NCBI RefSeq assembly: GCF_000143415.4
Contig: NW_003314322.1
Span: forward strand, 207,691 to 271,690
DNA from: Selaginella moellendorffii
Taxonomy: Eukaryota; Plantae; Lycopodiophyta
Direction of reading: 5' to 3'
Length of the DNA stretch: 64,000 bases
Part shown: positions 39,415 through 51,880 of the stretch, in pieces
How positions within the stretch are numbered: the stretch's first letter is position 1
Layout of the letters: each line of letters begins with the position of its first letter
Program-made: the position numbers and the translations under genes
The notes under the pieces: model-generated
Databases searched by the model: none
What the model was told of the DNA's origin: nothing
Seen by the model: only the letters and a program-made list of their open reading frames with translations

Positions 39415-40454
39415 NNNNNNNNNNNNNNNNNNNNNNNNNNNNNNNNNNNNNNNNNNNNNNNNNNNNNNNNNNNNNNNNNNNNNNNNNNNNNNNNNNNNNN
39501 NNNNNNNNNNNNNNNNNNNNNNNNNNNNNNNNNNNNNNNNNNNNNNNNNNNNNNNNNNNNNNNNNNNNNNNNNNNNNNNNNNNNNNNNNNNNNNNNNNNN
39601 NNNNNNNNNNNNNNNNNNNNNNNNNNNNNNNNNNNNNNNNNNNNNNNNNNNNNNNNNNNNNNNNNNNNNNNNNNNNNNNNNNNNNNNNNNNNNNNNNNNN
39701 NNNNNNNNNNNNNNNNNNNNNNNNNNNNNNNNNNNNNNNNNNNNGAGGGGGGGGTGAGGAGAAATTTCCAAGTGGGTGGAGCATGGAACCCCACCCTAAG
39801 GGAACTACTCCTTATTCACATGGGCATAAATTAAAAATGCCTTGAGATGGAAAATGCTTAGTAGTCTATTGCTCAACCCCAATGAGCTTATAGAAGGTGA
39901 TGAACCTGATCTAGAATGCCCAAATAATATACCAAATTGAGGAATATGATTAAGCCACCTCTTCATGTGTTGAATAATTCTTTTAAGCTTTGAGTCAAAG
40001 CTTGTATTATTCTATTCCAGTAAACCATTTAAGAAATAGTGTTTGGTTGCAATCACTAAGTAAAAATTAAATAAACCAAGTGCTTGTAACATATTGAACT
40101 TAAGCAAGTTTTAATAAATTATTCTCTTTGTAGAATTAGCATCTAACTATCCCAGCGGAGCTGGGTTCCCTGCTAGTCATCCTTCTATATCTAAAAGAGC
40201 AAGGGTGACATATTCAATCGAGATTCTTTTCAAGCTTAATGGTGGAGATGAAAACACATGGCAAAAAAACAGTTGAGGGTGAAACGTTTTTTTTTTTAGG
40301 GTAAACCAGTTTTTTCAATGCATTTTTCCAGGAGAGCTTATCACCGTGGTGCACACCATGAGGTTCGCTGCATGATTGCATTCGTCCTTACGTTATATAC
40401 CTTGTGCTCATGAATCTTTCCTTTACTGTCCAGTTTGTACTCAAAGATGCTGTC

Positions 40455-40960
40455 AAAGAGACCTCTGACTTCCCACAGCACTTGTGGAATCGTGAACAGA
40501 CTATCTGATCACAATAGTGTGCTGTCCAAAGGCTGCCAGGCGCTCAAGATTTCCACCCAGATCGACTTGAAAAGCATTCTACCATTCAGCCAGAGCACCT
40601 GTATAATACACTTGTAAGTCTGTGAAAGCAGTTTACTGGATCTCTGAAAGAGATGTCCTCTCTGCACCAAACAAGATAAGCCACTCTACGTTTACTTCAT
40701 TCTCCTGTATATCTGATAGCTCAGATCTCCATGGAACAGAACAGGCAGCTCCTCCCTGAAAGTCTTGATGGCATAGCCTACATTGACATGGTAATCCAGA
40801 CTTCCTTCCTTGCTCTTTGCTACTAACGGATCCTCTACTTTGCTATTCAGCTTGGTCGAGAGATTGCAATAATGCACTTGAAGAGGTTGCTTGAATCTAT
40901 CTCTGCTGCTATATGCCAAGCTCGGCACTACCTCTAACGGAAGCAGCTCACTACACACCA
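40455..40960 (-). pseudogene. Captured DUF2358 (SnoaL-like) fragment
   Basis: DYHVNVGYAIKTFREELPVLFHGDLSYQIYR matches the plant DUF2358 motif NMGYAIRTLREEFP. Confidence 0.75.
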
Positions 40961-41329
40961 TCTTGTCAAGTTCGCTGCAAACTGAATATTGTCTTCCTCA
41001 GTCAAGCTGATTTCTTCCAGTTCTTCATGCCAAACAATGGTATGGCACTCTTAAGTTTGAGGTAAAAAGCTTTCACATATTGTTTGTAGCCAAACTGAAT
41101 GCATTTTCATGTGCAATGGCTCAGTGACAACAAGCTGGATCCCATTCTAGAGTCACTGGCCAAGCTACCTTGGTTGACTTGCACAGGCTTAACCTCAGCA
41201 AGTCCATCTATCCACTGGCAAGTTCTCAGTGTTGAGAATAGCGAGCCAAGTGGCAGTGATTGAAGAGGTGAGTTTTCTATTTTTGATGCTTTTAGCTCCC
41301 CGGCAAACATCTGTATTCTCTTTTCTTCT

Positions 41330-42745
41330 TCTCTAGATTACTGACAACCTTGCTTGGAATGTATTACAGTCATACACATTGGAGATTAAGTTTCTTGAAG
41401 CTCTCTGATGCTTCAAACAAAAGGCAAGCACTGCCACTGTCAAGCATACATGACAATTGGCTTCAAGAAGATGATGGCTAGGTTTATGAGTTTTGCAGTT
41501 GTCAATTTTGCAACTGTTCTTGGCTCTTCTGTATCTGCCAAGTGAGTATTTCCGAGCTATGACTCGATTTCTGATGTTGAAGCATGTGAAGCTTTTATGC
41601 AGTTTTGGCCAGAGTCTAGAACAATGCACTGGATCTTTGCACGGAAACACAGGGAACATTCGAAATAACCCAGCACTTGAGGTGATATGCTCATTAACAT
41701 TTGTGATTTGTTTATCTCGAGGCATCTTTTCTTAGGCACTTCGAGCATTGACTTACACGGGAACTTTCATTGGTGGGGGCAATGATCCTAGCAAAGAATT
41801 CTCTGGAAGAAGCTTATATTATGAAGCAGATGATCTGTTTTCAGACCTCTTGAAAGATGAAAATGAAGGCTCAGCATTAACAAGAAGTGACTATATCGCT
41901 TTTAAGGTTACAAAGGTCCATCTTGCAGGAACATCATTGGTTGTATCCTGGAATGAAGGCTACGTTGGAAGCAGCAATGGGGTACATGCTCTAAAATTTA
42001 TCCCGCAGCTTTTGCAAGTCTATTTCGATGTTGCATTGCAAGATATGAGTGATTGTAAGTTCCAAACCTTTGCATTTAATCCGCTGCTCTTTGTATGTTT
42101 AGCACTACTCTGCACTCTTTTACCTATGGTCTTCTTCAGAATCAATGCCATGTTTCTGGATAAGGCATTCTCAATCGAGGTAAGCAAGATTAGTTTACTC
42201 ATAAGCTGACTCATGTCTTAAATCAGGTCCAACAAACGTGTTGTCAGTTTGTGCACACTTTCTTCAAGAAATCTCCTCAATTCATTGCTCTTTTGAAGGT
42301 AAGCCTTTCTTATCTATTTGAAGTTGTTATCCCAAAAGAAGTAAAAACATTGCAGAAGCTCATCACCAGTCAACCTCAAACAAGTGACAGTAAAGTAAGA
42401 TGGATTTCACAATGTTTGAGTGTTAAACTTCTATTACATTTACTAGACTGAGCTTCCTTTGCAACTGTGCTGAGTGGTTGGAGACCATGGGGGTGGTGGT
42501 ACTTGTTTCAAGGATGGTGTAAGAGAGCTCTTTGAAACTCTGGAGTTGGTTCTCTACAAAAACCTCTTCTTATGGTAATCGAAGTTTCTCACTGTTTATG
42601 TTGTGTCTAATCGTCACAAACATCCAGGCATAAAACTTCTGCCATCCCGGCCCAGTCCCAGCTGCTATTTTTTGTCATAACCGCCATAGCAAAGCTTGCA
42701 ACGTGCCATCAAGAGCTCTTGCCTAGAGCTCGAGTGCTAAGGTTT
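41330..42745 (+). pseudogene. AP5Z1: Captured AP-5 complex zeta subunit fragment (multi-exon)
   Basis: WVVGDHGGGGTCFKDGVRELFETLELVLYKNL and LLFFVITAIAKLATCHQELLPRAR; 5' boundary uncertain. Confidence 0.7.
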
Positions 42746-43147
42746 GTTTTTTGTTTTTTTTGTCTTCTCTAAGGAACTTTCTTGAGTTTAAGTTGCTGTT
42801 CCTGATGAAGGTGGCACAATCACATCAACTACTCAAAAAGACTGTCTGGAGAAGAATTGAAGATCACCATTGCTGCCTACGACGGAGTCCCTGGAGTGGA
42901 GAAGCTGGTGATGAATGCAAAGATGGACCTTGCCTTGCAGCTTATACAGCATGAGAAGCCCGAGAGCTTGCTACATTACTACAAGGCCATGGAGCTGTCC
43001 ACAAAGTTCAATTTGTTTCTCACATGTCCAAGAAGGCTTGGCCCCCCAATAATCGCTGGGGAGGCTAATGTTGACCTTATAAAGGGATCCTATGAGATCA
43101 AGAAGAATTTCTTCAAAAGTTGAGAATTGAGCTAAGAAATTCCATAC

Positions 43148-43225
43148 ATGCAAGTAAACCCAGAAGAAAAAGAATGGTCAAGATGGCTTGTGAGCCAAGG
43201 AAATGGCAATCTCCCTAACCAAGGT
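43148..43225 (+). pseudogene. Remnant of Helitron Pif1 helicase
   Basis: MQVNPEEKEWSRWLVSQGNGNLP versus MRVNSEEKEWSRWLVKLGNGNLP in ORF 63650-63964. Confidence 0.85.
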
Positions 43226-44217
43226 TTAACCAAGTTTACATTGCCGAGTTCACACCCCATTGATCAAAGAAGTATATGTATGAATTTATATATGATATAT
43301 GTATCTGTAGTTGATTCCCCAGATAAATCCCTGCACCACGACCCAGTGATCATACAAAGATAGAAGCTGGCCAACTGTATATGGCTTTAGAGTTGGTAGC
43401 AGCATGCTCAAGGCTGGATGGTTGCTGGTGAATTCTTGCAGACTTCCACCTAGCATGCTAGGTAACTGTAGAGCAGCAAAAAAAGAACATTCAGGAACTT
43501 ACTTTGTGAGGAGTCAAATAATCCGGAACACCTTCCACTCGAAGTTCCTCGAGGATCTGAAGAAAGAAACATTTAGACCATGAAAGAATACAAGAGATTC
43601 CTTACTGACCCTGCCATCTTGCAAGTTATACATAAAAGATTTTGATTAGAATCCTTTCTATAATTTTAAATTTCTGTAATAACTTCCTATACAGTGATAG
43701 TAATTGCAATATGGGATATGAGAGACCATCTGCTTATATTACTTTTGTTACCAATAAAAGAAAGGGTATATACAAAGACAATGTTCCATTGTCATAAAAA
43801 GTATTTGTGGATATTGATGATCTCCAAGGTATAACTATCAATCTCTACACTAAAATGACATTATGAATTTCAGACAAACAATTTGAAAAATATACATCAT
43901 CACTACTGGATAATGAAAACAAACAACTAATTCTTTAGGATTCATGTCACCTATGTAACAGATGTCCTATCTATTCCAGCGGAGCTGGATTCCTTGCTAG
44001 TACTCCCTTATTTAAATGTGCTATTGGCATATGGCATCCGGCATATTTTATTCCATTTTTAGAATATTATTTCTGAATATACTTATAATCTAACGGTTCA
44101 AATTCAAAAACTTTAAATAGATGGCATAGATCAAGTGCCAAAGGGGTGGCAACTCTTCAATTTCTTAATGACGATCCAAATCAAGAGAAAAAATTTAGGG
44201 CAATTGGGCAGATTGTG

Positions 44218-44268
<51 letters not shown>

Positions 44269-44524
44269 CGCGCTGAAATTTTCTATTTGCTGTGTTTGAT
44301 CGGACTGGCTGGGGACTGACGAGCCGGCCGTGCAAAAAAAATGGCCGTGACAAAGATGGTCTTCCCAATCCTTACGAGCACCAGTCCCAAGTGAGTGTTC
44401 TATTCATTGTCGTTTAGAAAGAAAAAAAAAGAAATTTTTTCCTGTTGTTCTTGCTTGTTTGATTTCTCTGATTAGAGCTCGCAGGTGGATTTGCTGCTGA
44501 GCTTTTGCCAGCAACTAAAATTCT

Positions 44525-44857
44525 CATCGGTCGTGCTCGTTGGTCATGATGACAGTGGATTGCTTGCTCTTATGGCAGCTGCCAATATCTTGACAACTCT
44601 AAGCCCAACGCAGGTAAGCTGCAAGCCACTATAGTTGGATCATCGCATGGATTTTCATTTCTGTGGTGAAGGTGGTGATCAAAGGTGTGGTTTAGATCGC
44701 GGTGAGCTCCTCCAGATATCGCCATTTGCTCGAGTTTTGCTCCACACTTCTTTGGGATGGCACATACTCCGGCCATTGCTGTGCCCGGAGATGGTGAGTG
44801 GCCATGCCTGACATGATGCTTCGAAGCTCACCTCCAAAGTGATGGAACTTTACAAGG
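44525..44857 (+). pseudogene. Captured alpha/beta hydrolase fragment (GHDDGG type)
   Basis: VVLVGHDDSGLLALMAA and PFARVLLHTSLGWHILRPLL..KLTSKVMELYK. Confidence 0.8.
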
Positions 44858-44944
44858 TATGAGGAAAAATTCAAACTTGATCAAAAGAAATCCATGATTT
44901 TCCGTGTATACATAGGTATCTTGTCTATCTTGTTGTGATGTCTA

Positions 44945-45496
44945 GGCCATTTTCTTCTCACTAACTGGCTACTGGAAAAAATGAAGGAGACCGCTAAGGA
45001 AAGTGTTTGTCAATCTCTCCTGCATCGTGCATATCGCCTCTTACAGCGGTGGAATCCAGTTCTCACACATTAATGACAAAACCTGGTACACCAAACAACT
45101 CTCTTTTCTCGTGAGCTTACATTCTTCCTTTTTTCTTCCAAAAGGTACTCCGACACTAGAGCATACAGTCAATCCAAGCTCGCAAACTTTTTCCACGCCA
45201 AAGAACTGGCAATAAGATTCAAGGTATTCGTCTAATGCTTTGAAATCTCTCCCACCTTTCTCTTTCGCCAATGCTTTCTCTTTTGCTGATTAGGCCGAAG
45301 GAGTTGACATCACAGCCAATGCTGTTCATCAAGGGTTTATAATGACACCTTTGATGGCAACAAGATTCAAGGTATTCGTCTAATGCTTTGAAATCTCTCC
45401 CACCTTTCTCTTTCGTCAATGCTTTCTCTTTCGCTGATTAGGCCGAAGGAGTTGACATCACAGCCACATCTAGGGTTTATAATGACACCTTTGATG
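44945..45496 (+). pseudogene. Second TIC32-like SDR fragment with internal tandem duplication
   Basis: GHFLLTNWLLEKMKETAKES, VNLSCIVHIASYSGGIQFSHINDK, AYSQSKLAN; paralog of 24346-24585. Confidence 0.85.
45207..45496 (+). repeat. Tandem duplication of an SDR intron-exon unit (148 bp period)
   Basis: tggcaa.aagattcaag|gtattcg...acctttgatg starts at 45207 and 45355. Confidence 0.9.
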
Positions 45497-46664
45497 CGGT
45501 ACATTGAAGAGTAAATTGATAAAAGGTGGGCTTAATTTAGCAACCTATGAGAACTATTTAAGTTCGTTGCTTTGTTGTTCTAGGTAGAGATGGCTAGGGC
45601 TAAGCAGACGATCAGGAGGACTCCACCACAGTACCTTTTTCTTAACAAACAAATCGCAAATGTTCGGGTTCGCTCAATTTAAGCAGCTGGAGGTGAAAAC
45701 CACAAGCTCTCAACACTGCCATTAGGTACTTGTTGACCTGAATGTAGACCTGAAGCCCCGCCTGGGACAAGCTCTGTAATGAGTGGAAAGTAAGCTCAAG
45801 ACGTTATAGCAGCAGCTCTCATATACCAGCCAGCTGTAGCACACATGCAGCCAATAGCAAGCACGCCAAACAACTTTACAAAAATGATCTCTTTGATCCA
45901 ATCAGGTGACCACCAACAAGGGAAAGAGAAACTGCAAAACAAAGAAAAGGAGATAGGCAATAAAAACACACAGCAGACAGACACACCTTCATTCAGGTAT
46001 ACTTTCCCTTTCCCTTTTTCACTATGCTGTTGCAAAATTGAAATAACAAGAGCTCAGCTCAATCACTAAAAGCTTAACTGATGGATGAAAGCTGACTCAC
46101 CCTTGTTTTACCTGACAGGTACACTATAGTGCCATTTTTGTTTTGTTGTGTGGATCAACTGCTAAGGCATTCTTAAGGGGGCAGAGGATGATTATTCAGT
46201 GAGCGTGAGACAGATGAGCAAGAAAAACGCAAGCGCCTTCACAAGCATTAGATCCAAGAGCAGACACACCAAAAAAAATATTCTCTGGCATTTACATTAT
46301 CTGGAGATGAGGTCAGACACACACCTACAGCTTACCTCCTGCATTTGCAAAAGTCCCATTGGAAATGGCGACAAGAAATGTGTCAAATAGCACAAGAGAA
46401 CTATACAGCTAACTTCCAAAACACTCATTCATTCATATGTAGGCCTTTGATTTTCAGGTAAATCGGAAATAGATGTTTTCAAAAATGAGAGATGAAAACA
46501 AGAATAGATAGATAGAAAGAAAGAAAGAAAGAAAGAAAAAAACAAACCAAGTTTTGAAAAGCTGTGTCTTTAAAGCTTCCACTCCTTTTAAAGAAATACA
46601 CACTCAAATATATCAAAACATTCTCCCAATTTTACAAAACACTTCAAAAACTTAACTGCCACCT

Positions 46665-47240
46665 TTTGCAAGCATTATATATGAAAAAAGATCCTTGTTA
46701 CAACCACCAAACTCCTGTGCTGTCTGCAAGGCAGTGCTTAGATCCCAGTACATTTGACAAGCTCCCAGCAGACTCTCTCACTCCTCTTGCCCAGCATCCC
46801 CTTGGAATCCTTCAGCTTCCCGGCCCTTGCAAACACATGCTGCTGAAGCGATCTGCAGTGAGATTCAAGCCATGGTTGCAGACTCCAAGTACTGCCACAC
46901 GTTCATGAAAGTGATCTCCTCCTATTTCAAGGCCATGGCATGGAAGAGCTCTAGAGCTTCCCATCCTTGTCTAGAGAGCAAAGCCCACCACCATGGAGTT
47001 TCACATCATTTACATGGGCCTCTTGTACTTTGCCTGCTCAAGCTTGCCATCGTGCCATCATAGAGAGCCATGATACTGAGTTTTTTCCCAGCCATCTTGC
47101 CAAAAGAGATCCACCCTCTGTAATCTTTTATCCCGGGCTATCATATCGGTATGACTCTGTAATCTTTTATCCCCAAGCGCAATGATTCTGCCCCAAATGA
47201 AGAAATGATTGACAGAAAAAGCTGTGGTAAAACTCTTTAC
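46665..47240 (-). pseudogene. PLS/E-class PPR fragment
   Basis: GWEALELFHAM..EEITFMNV; ESLLGACQMYWD; SYIML (E-domain like). Confidence 0.65.
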
Positions 47241-47590
47241 TGTCAAAGAGTGTACCTAAATAGATACGTAGGCTAAGAAAAACTGTTTCGAATCATAGAA
47301 AAAAGGACTGCACAATTAGGTTGCTTTCGCATTTGTCAAGAGGTAATTTTGTTTCTATGTTTCCTGAGCTTTGTTTTTCCCGGCTTTGTAATGTTGTTCT
47401 GCTCCAAAATATAGGGACCCCCAAGCATCATATTAAGGAGCTGTGCCTCTGCCAGCACTTTGTTTCAGTGTGCTTCTATTTTCTTGTGGTTTGGCTATTA
47501 GTCTATTTACTTATTTTCACCATCTAGAGCCTGCACACGCTGTCTAAGGTTCTATTTTCTAAAAGAGATTGTAAAATCTCCTACAGATCA

Positions 47591-50500
47591 ATGGGTGGCA
47601 AAAGAAAGAGGAAAACATGTGATCTAATTTTACATGAAGGCTGTATAATAAAAAAAAGTTCAACAAGTTTGAATTCATTTCTATATATGAATAGAAGCAT
47701 GGATGTAAGTGTGAGAAATCTGGTATCCTTTGAAGAACCCCCAATAATTCCAAGATTGATACCCATAGAAAAGACTTTTAGAAACACTGTTGAAATTATT
47801 ACCCTACCTGTTAATGAAGTAAATTTTGGAAATGGATCCAAAAGCATGGAAAACACTAAACATTTAGGACTCTTGCAAAACAACATAGATGGTAAATGTA
47901 AAGTAGATTATATTGGACTCATGGATAAGCATTGTGACTATTGTAAAGCTTTTCTTTTTGCTTCAGAAACACAATCACAATGTTGTCATGGTGGACGTGT
48001 GTCTAGAGAAAAACAAATTGAGTTCCCTCAACTGATTCGTAAATTATTAGATGGAACAGACCAACAAGGAAAATTCAAAGAATTAATTCGAAATTATAAC
48101 AGTGCTTTGGCATTTGCATCTATGGGGGCAAATATTGATGAAATGATTGGCAATGGACCATATTATTTCAAAATTCATGGACAAGTATACCATTCAATTG
48201 GCAGTTTCCGTCCTAAGCAAGGTCATGATGCAAAATATTCTCAACTTTATATTTTAGACACACTAGAAGCTACAGAAACAAGAATGAAAAGTAAATATAA
48301 CAGTAAATGTGATACAGGACTGATGAATGAATTAGATGCTTTATTACGAGAACTTAATCCATATGCAAAGGCATTTAAAATGCTACAAGATGTGGAAGAT
48401 GAGCTTCATATGACAAATTCAAATATAAATAATGGACTACATAATATTGTAGTGTATATAAATGGTGAAAACACAATAGATCCAAGAACATATAATGCAC
48501 CAAATTCAAATGAAGTTGCTGCAGTGTTTACAAACCCTACTGGGGAGCCTCTATTTAACCGTAGTATTGCAATACATCTGAAAGGTGAAAGTATGCAAGA
48601 GATATCAATTGTGACATCATGTTGTGATCCTATGGTATATCCACTGCTTTTTCCAAATGGAAATGAAGGCTGGTCACCAGATTTAAAATACACAGACAAG
48701 GGTTTGTCTTTAAAAAGAACTAAGATAACAATGATGGAGTATTATCGCTACAAGTTTGCTATTCGTGGTTTGATAAGAGATAGTTTTAAGATTATTGAAT
48801 TTAATTCAGGTTTAATGGGTGGAAAATTCTCCCAACAATACATGGTTGACATGTACACTAAAGTAGAGGGTGGTCGTCTCGATTGGATAAAAAACCATCA
48901 ACGTGAATTAAGAGCTAAAGCATACGGAGGTCTTTCTGATTTTGTTATTAAGAGAGTAAAACAACAAGGGATACGTGCTGGAAAACTTGTGATTTTGCCA
49001 TCAGGATTTATCGGTGGACCGAGAAATATGAATCAAAATTATCAAGATGCTATGAGCTTAGTATGAAAATATGGAAAACCTGATTTATTTATTACAATGA
49101 CGTGTAACCCAAAATGGTAAGAGATAACAAAGAATTTATTACCAGGACAAAGTTCTTCAGACAGACCAGATTTGGTAGCACATGTTTTCCATGCTAAAAA
49201 ACAAAATCTTATAGATGACATATACAAAGAAGAAATATTTGGAAAAGTTAATGCATATATGTATGTTATTGAGTACCAAAAACAAGGACTACCACATTGT
49301 CATCTACTTGTAATTCTTAAAAATGAGAATAAAATCAAAACCGTAGATGATGTAGACAACATTGTTAGTGCAGAAATACCAGACCCAAACAGTGATCCTA
49401 AATTGTATGAACTTGTGAAAAAACATATGATACATGGTTCATGTGGTCCTAGATTTCCTGAAAGTCCATGTTACAAAAAAGGTGAATGTAAATCTCGATA
49501 TCCATGAGATTACTGTGAAGAGACAAAAAATATTAGTGGCCAATTCCCAAAGTATAAAAGACATTATGATAGTCATAAAATCTACATTAAAAATAATGAA
49601 ATTGACAATAGGTTTGTATAGTAAGTATCTTTTGTGTAAATATAAAACTCATGTTAATGTAGAGGTTTGCTTAATTGTGAAAAGTGTGAAATATATTTTT
49701 AAATACATATATAAAGGTCATGATTGTGCAAAGATACACTTTTACAAAGAAGGAAACACAGAGATAGAGAATATTCTTGATTGGAATGAAATAAATGCAT
49801 TCAGAAATCGCCATTATGTATCAGCTACTAAAGGAATGTGGAGGTTATTTGGATATGATTTACATGGGAGATCACATTCAATTGAAAGATTAAATGTGCA
49901 CTTACCAAATTTGCAAAGTGTTTACTTCAATGAGGGTGAAGAAGAAATTGCATTAGAGAAAGGTCATAGAACAAAACTTACTCAATGGTTTGAATTGAAT
50001 AAAAGAGATGAATTTGCAAGAACATTGACATATTCAGAAATTCTGGAATGGTATATTTGGAATGCAAAAACTAAAACATGGGTAAAAAGACAACAAGGTT
50101 GGAAAGTTATAGGTAGAAGGTACACTGTACCACTGAAAGATAGTGAACGATTTTATATATGATTATTATTGTTGTATAATAAAGGTGCAACAAGTTTTAA
50201 ACATTTACGTAATTGGAAAAACATACAATATGATAGTTATCGAGAAGTTGCACAAACGATGGGATTATTACAAATGACCAAGAATGGGATAGATGTCTAG
50301 AGAGTCTCTCACATTTCAAATGCCTTCTAAAATTAGATATTTATTTGGAATAGTGTGTCTCGTTTGTGAGGTTAATGATCCTAAAAAATTATGGAATAAA
50401 TACAAGGTAGATATATGTGAGGATTTAATATGTAAATACAATGATGAGGATGTAGCATATGCACATGCACTTCAAGAGTTGTCTCTTTTACTAGAACAAC

Positions 50501-51880
50501 ATGGGAAATGCCTTTCAAATTATGATATTACTATACCATGTACTACATATCTAGAAAATAATAAAGAAAGAGCTAACATGTATGAGAATGAAATGTTTGA
50601 ATACCAAGATATTGAAAGAAACAAATCGTTACTGAATAAAAATCAGCAACATGTCTTTGACAAAGTATGTAAAGCATTGGATGATAAAAATGAACCACAA
50701 ATATTTTTTATTGATGGTGTAGGAGGAACAGGAAAATCATTTCTATTCAATATATTAATAACACATTCACGAGCACTTGGAAGAAAGACTTTGTCTGTAA
50801 TATGGACAGGAATTGCAAGCACACTATTAATTGGTGGTTGCACAGTACATTCTACATTTAAACTAACTGTACCAGTCACTGAAACATGTACATCTAATTT
50901 AAGGGAAAATTCAAAGGAGGCTGATGAAATTAGAAAAACAGACTTACTAATTTGGGACGAAATAAGTATGGTTCCAGTACATGTATTTAATGCTGTAGAA
51001 TGTGTAATACGTGACATTAAAGGTTGTTCTGATAAATTTGGTAGTATAACTGTTGTAACTGGCAGTGATTTTAGACAAACACTACCTGTGCTTAAAAGAG
51101 CATAATAGATTCAAATTGTACAAAATAGTGTTAAGTTCAATTTTATATGGTCATTTGTAGTGAAATATACACTTACAGAAAATATGTGTGTTAACAAAGA
51201 TGAAAAGGAGTGGTCAGAATGGTTAATTAGACTCGGAAATGGTAATTTACCAAGACTTGATGGATATGAAGATGATATAGTAGAACTACCAAAAAAATGT
51301 ACAACCAAGAATTCCATGATAAATGCTGTGTTCGGTCAAAAAGTATTACCTTCTATAAGTAACTCACAAAAAGCAATCTTAATGACATTGAATGATCATT
51401 CATTAGATATAAATGAACAAGTTTTAACAAGGATGTCAGGAAGACTGTTTTCTTTTAAAAGTGTGGATACAATTGATAGTGATTCCTTTGAAGAAATATT
51501 GGACTACCCAGTAGAATATCTTAACTCCATAACACCATCTGGGATGCCTCCGCATAACTTAAATATAAAAATTGGAAGCATTGTGATGTTTCTACGAAAT
51601 CTTGATGTAAAAAAGGGTTTATGTAATGGTACTAAATTAATAATTACATCAGCGTTACAAAATGTAATAGAAGCAAAAATATTACATGGAGATAGAGAAG
51701 GAAAAAAGGTCTTACTACCAAGAATCATACTAAAACCTACAGATGGTGACATGCCATTTGTATTAAAAAGACGACAATTTCCTTTGAGACTTGCATTCTC
51801 AATTACAATATGCAAATCTCAGGGCCAAACTTTAAATACTGTCGGAATCTTATTACCATGTCCTATTTTAGGACATGGGC
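47591..51880 (+). pseudogene. RepHel: Helitron RepHel (HUH endonuclease plus Pif1 SF1B helicase), disrupted
   Basis: Zn-finger-like CDYC..CCHGG; FITMTCNPKW; HUH YVIEYQKQGLPHCHLL; Y2 KYIFKYIYKG; Walker A GVGGTGKS; IWDEISMV; DFRQTLPV; TICKSQGQT; split over ORFs 47591-49066, 49172-49507, 49434-50162, 50293-51105 and 51160-51927. Confidence 0.97.

Larger units (their letters stand above)
31152..40176 (+). mobile_element. Non-autonomous Helitron (about 9 kb including gaps)
   Basis: 5' TCATCATACTCCCTTATTTAAAC directly after CTAG; 3' CCCAGC-GGA-GCTGGG (40151-40165) and CTAG (40173-40176); three N-gaps reduce certainty of continuity. Confidence 0.6.
40177..44000 (+). mobile_element. Complete non-autonomous Helitron (about 3.8 kb), type-A 3' end
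   Basis: 5' TCATCCTTCTATATCTAAAAGAGC after CTAG; 3' hairpin TCCAGC-GGA-GCTGGA (43975-43989) and CTAG|T (43997-44000). Confidence 0.8.
44001..51880 (+). mobile_element. Formerly autonomous Helitron with 5' cargo; 3' end lost at a gypsy insertion
   Basis: 5' module after CTAG (44001-44530 nearly identical to 21561-22090), cargo, then RepHel. Confidence 0.65.

Noticed and set aside
45590-45632. MARAKQTIRRTPPQ resembling a histone H3 or CENH3 N-terminus
   Set aside because: Only 14 codons and no histone fold follows.
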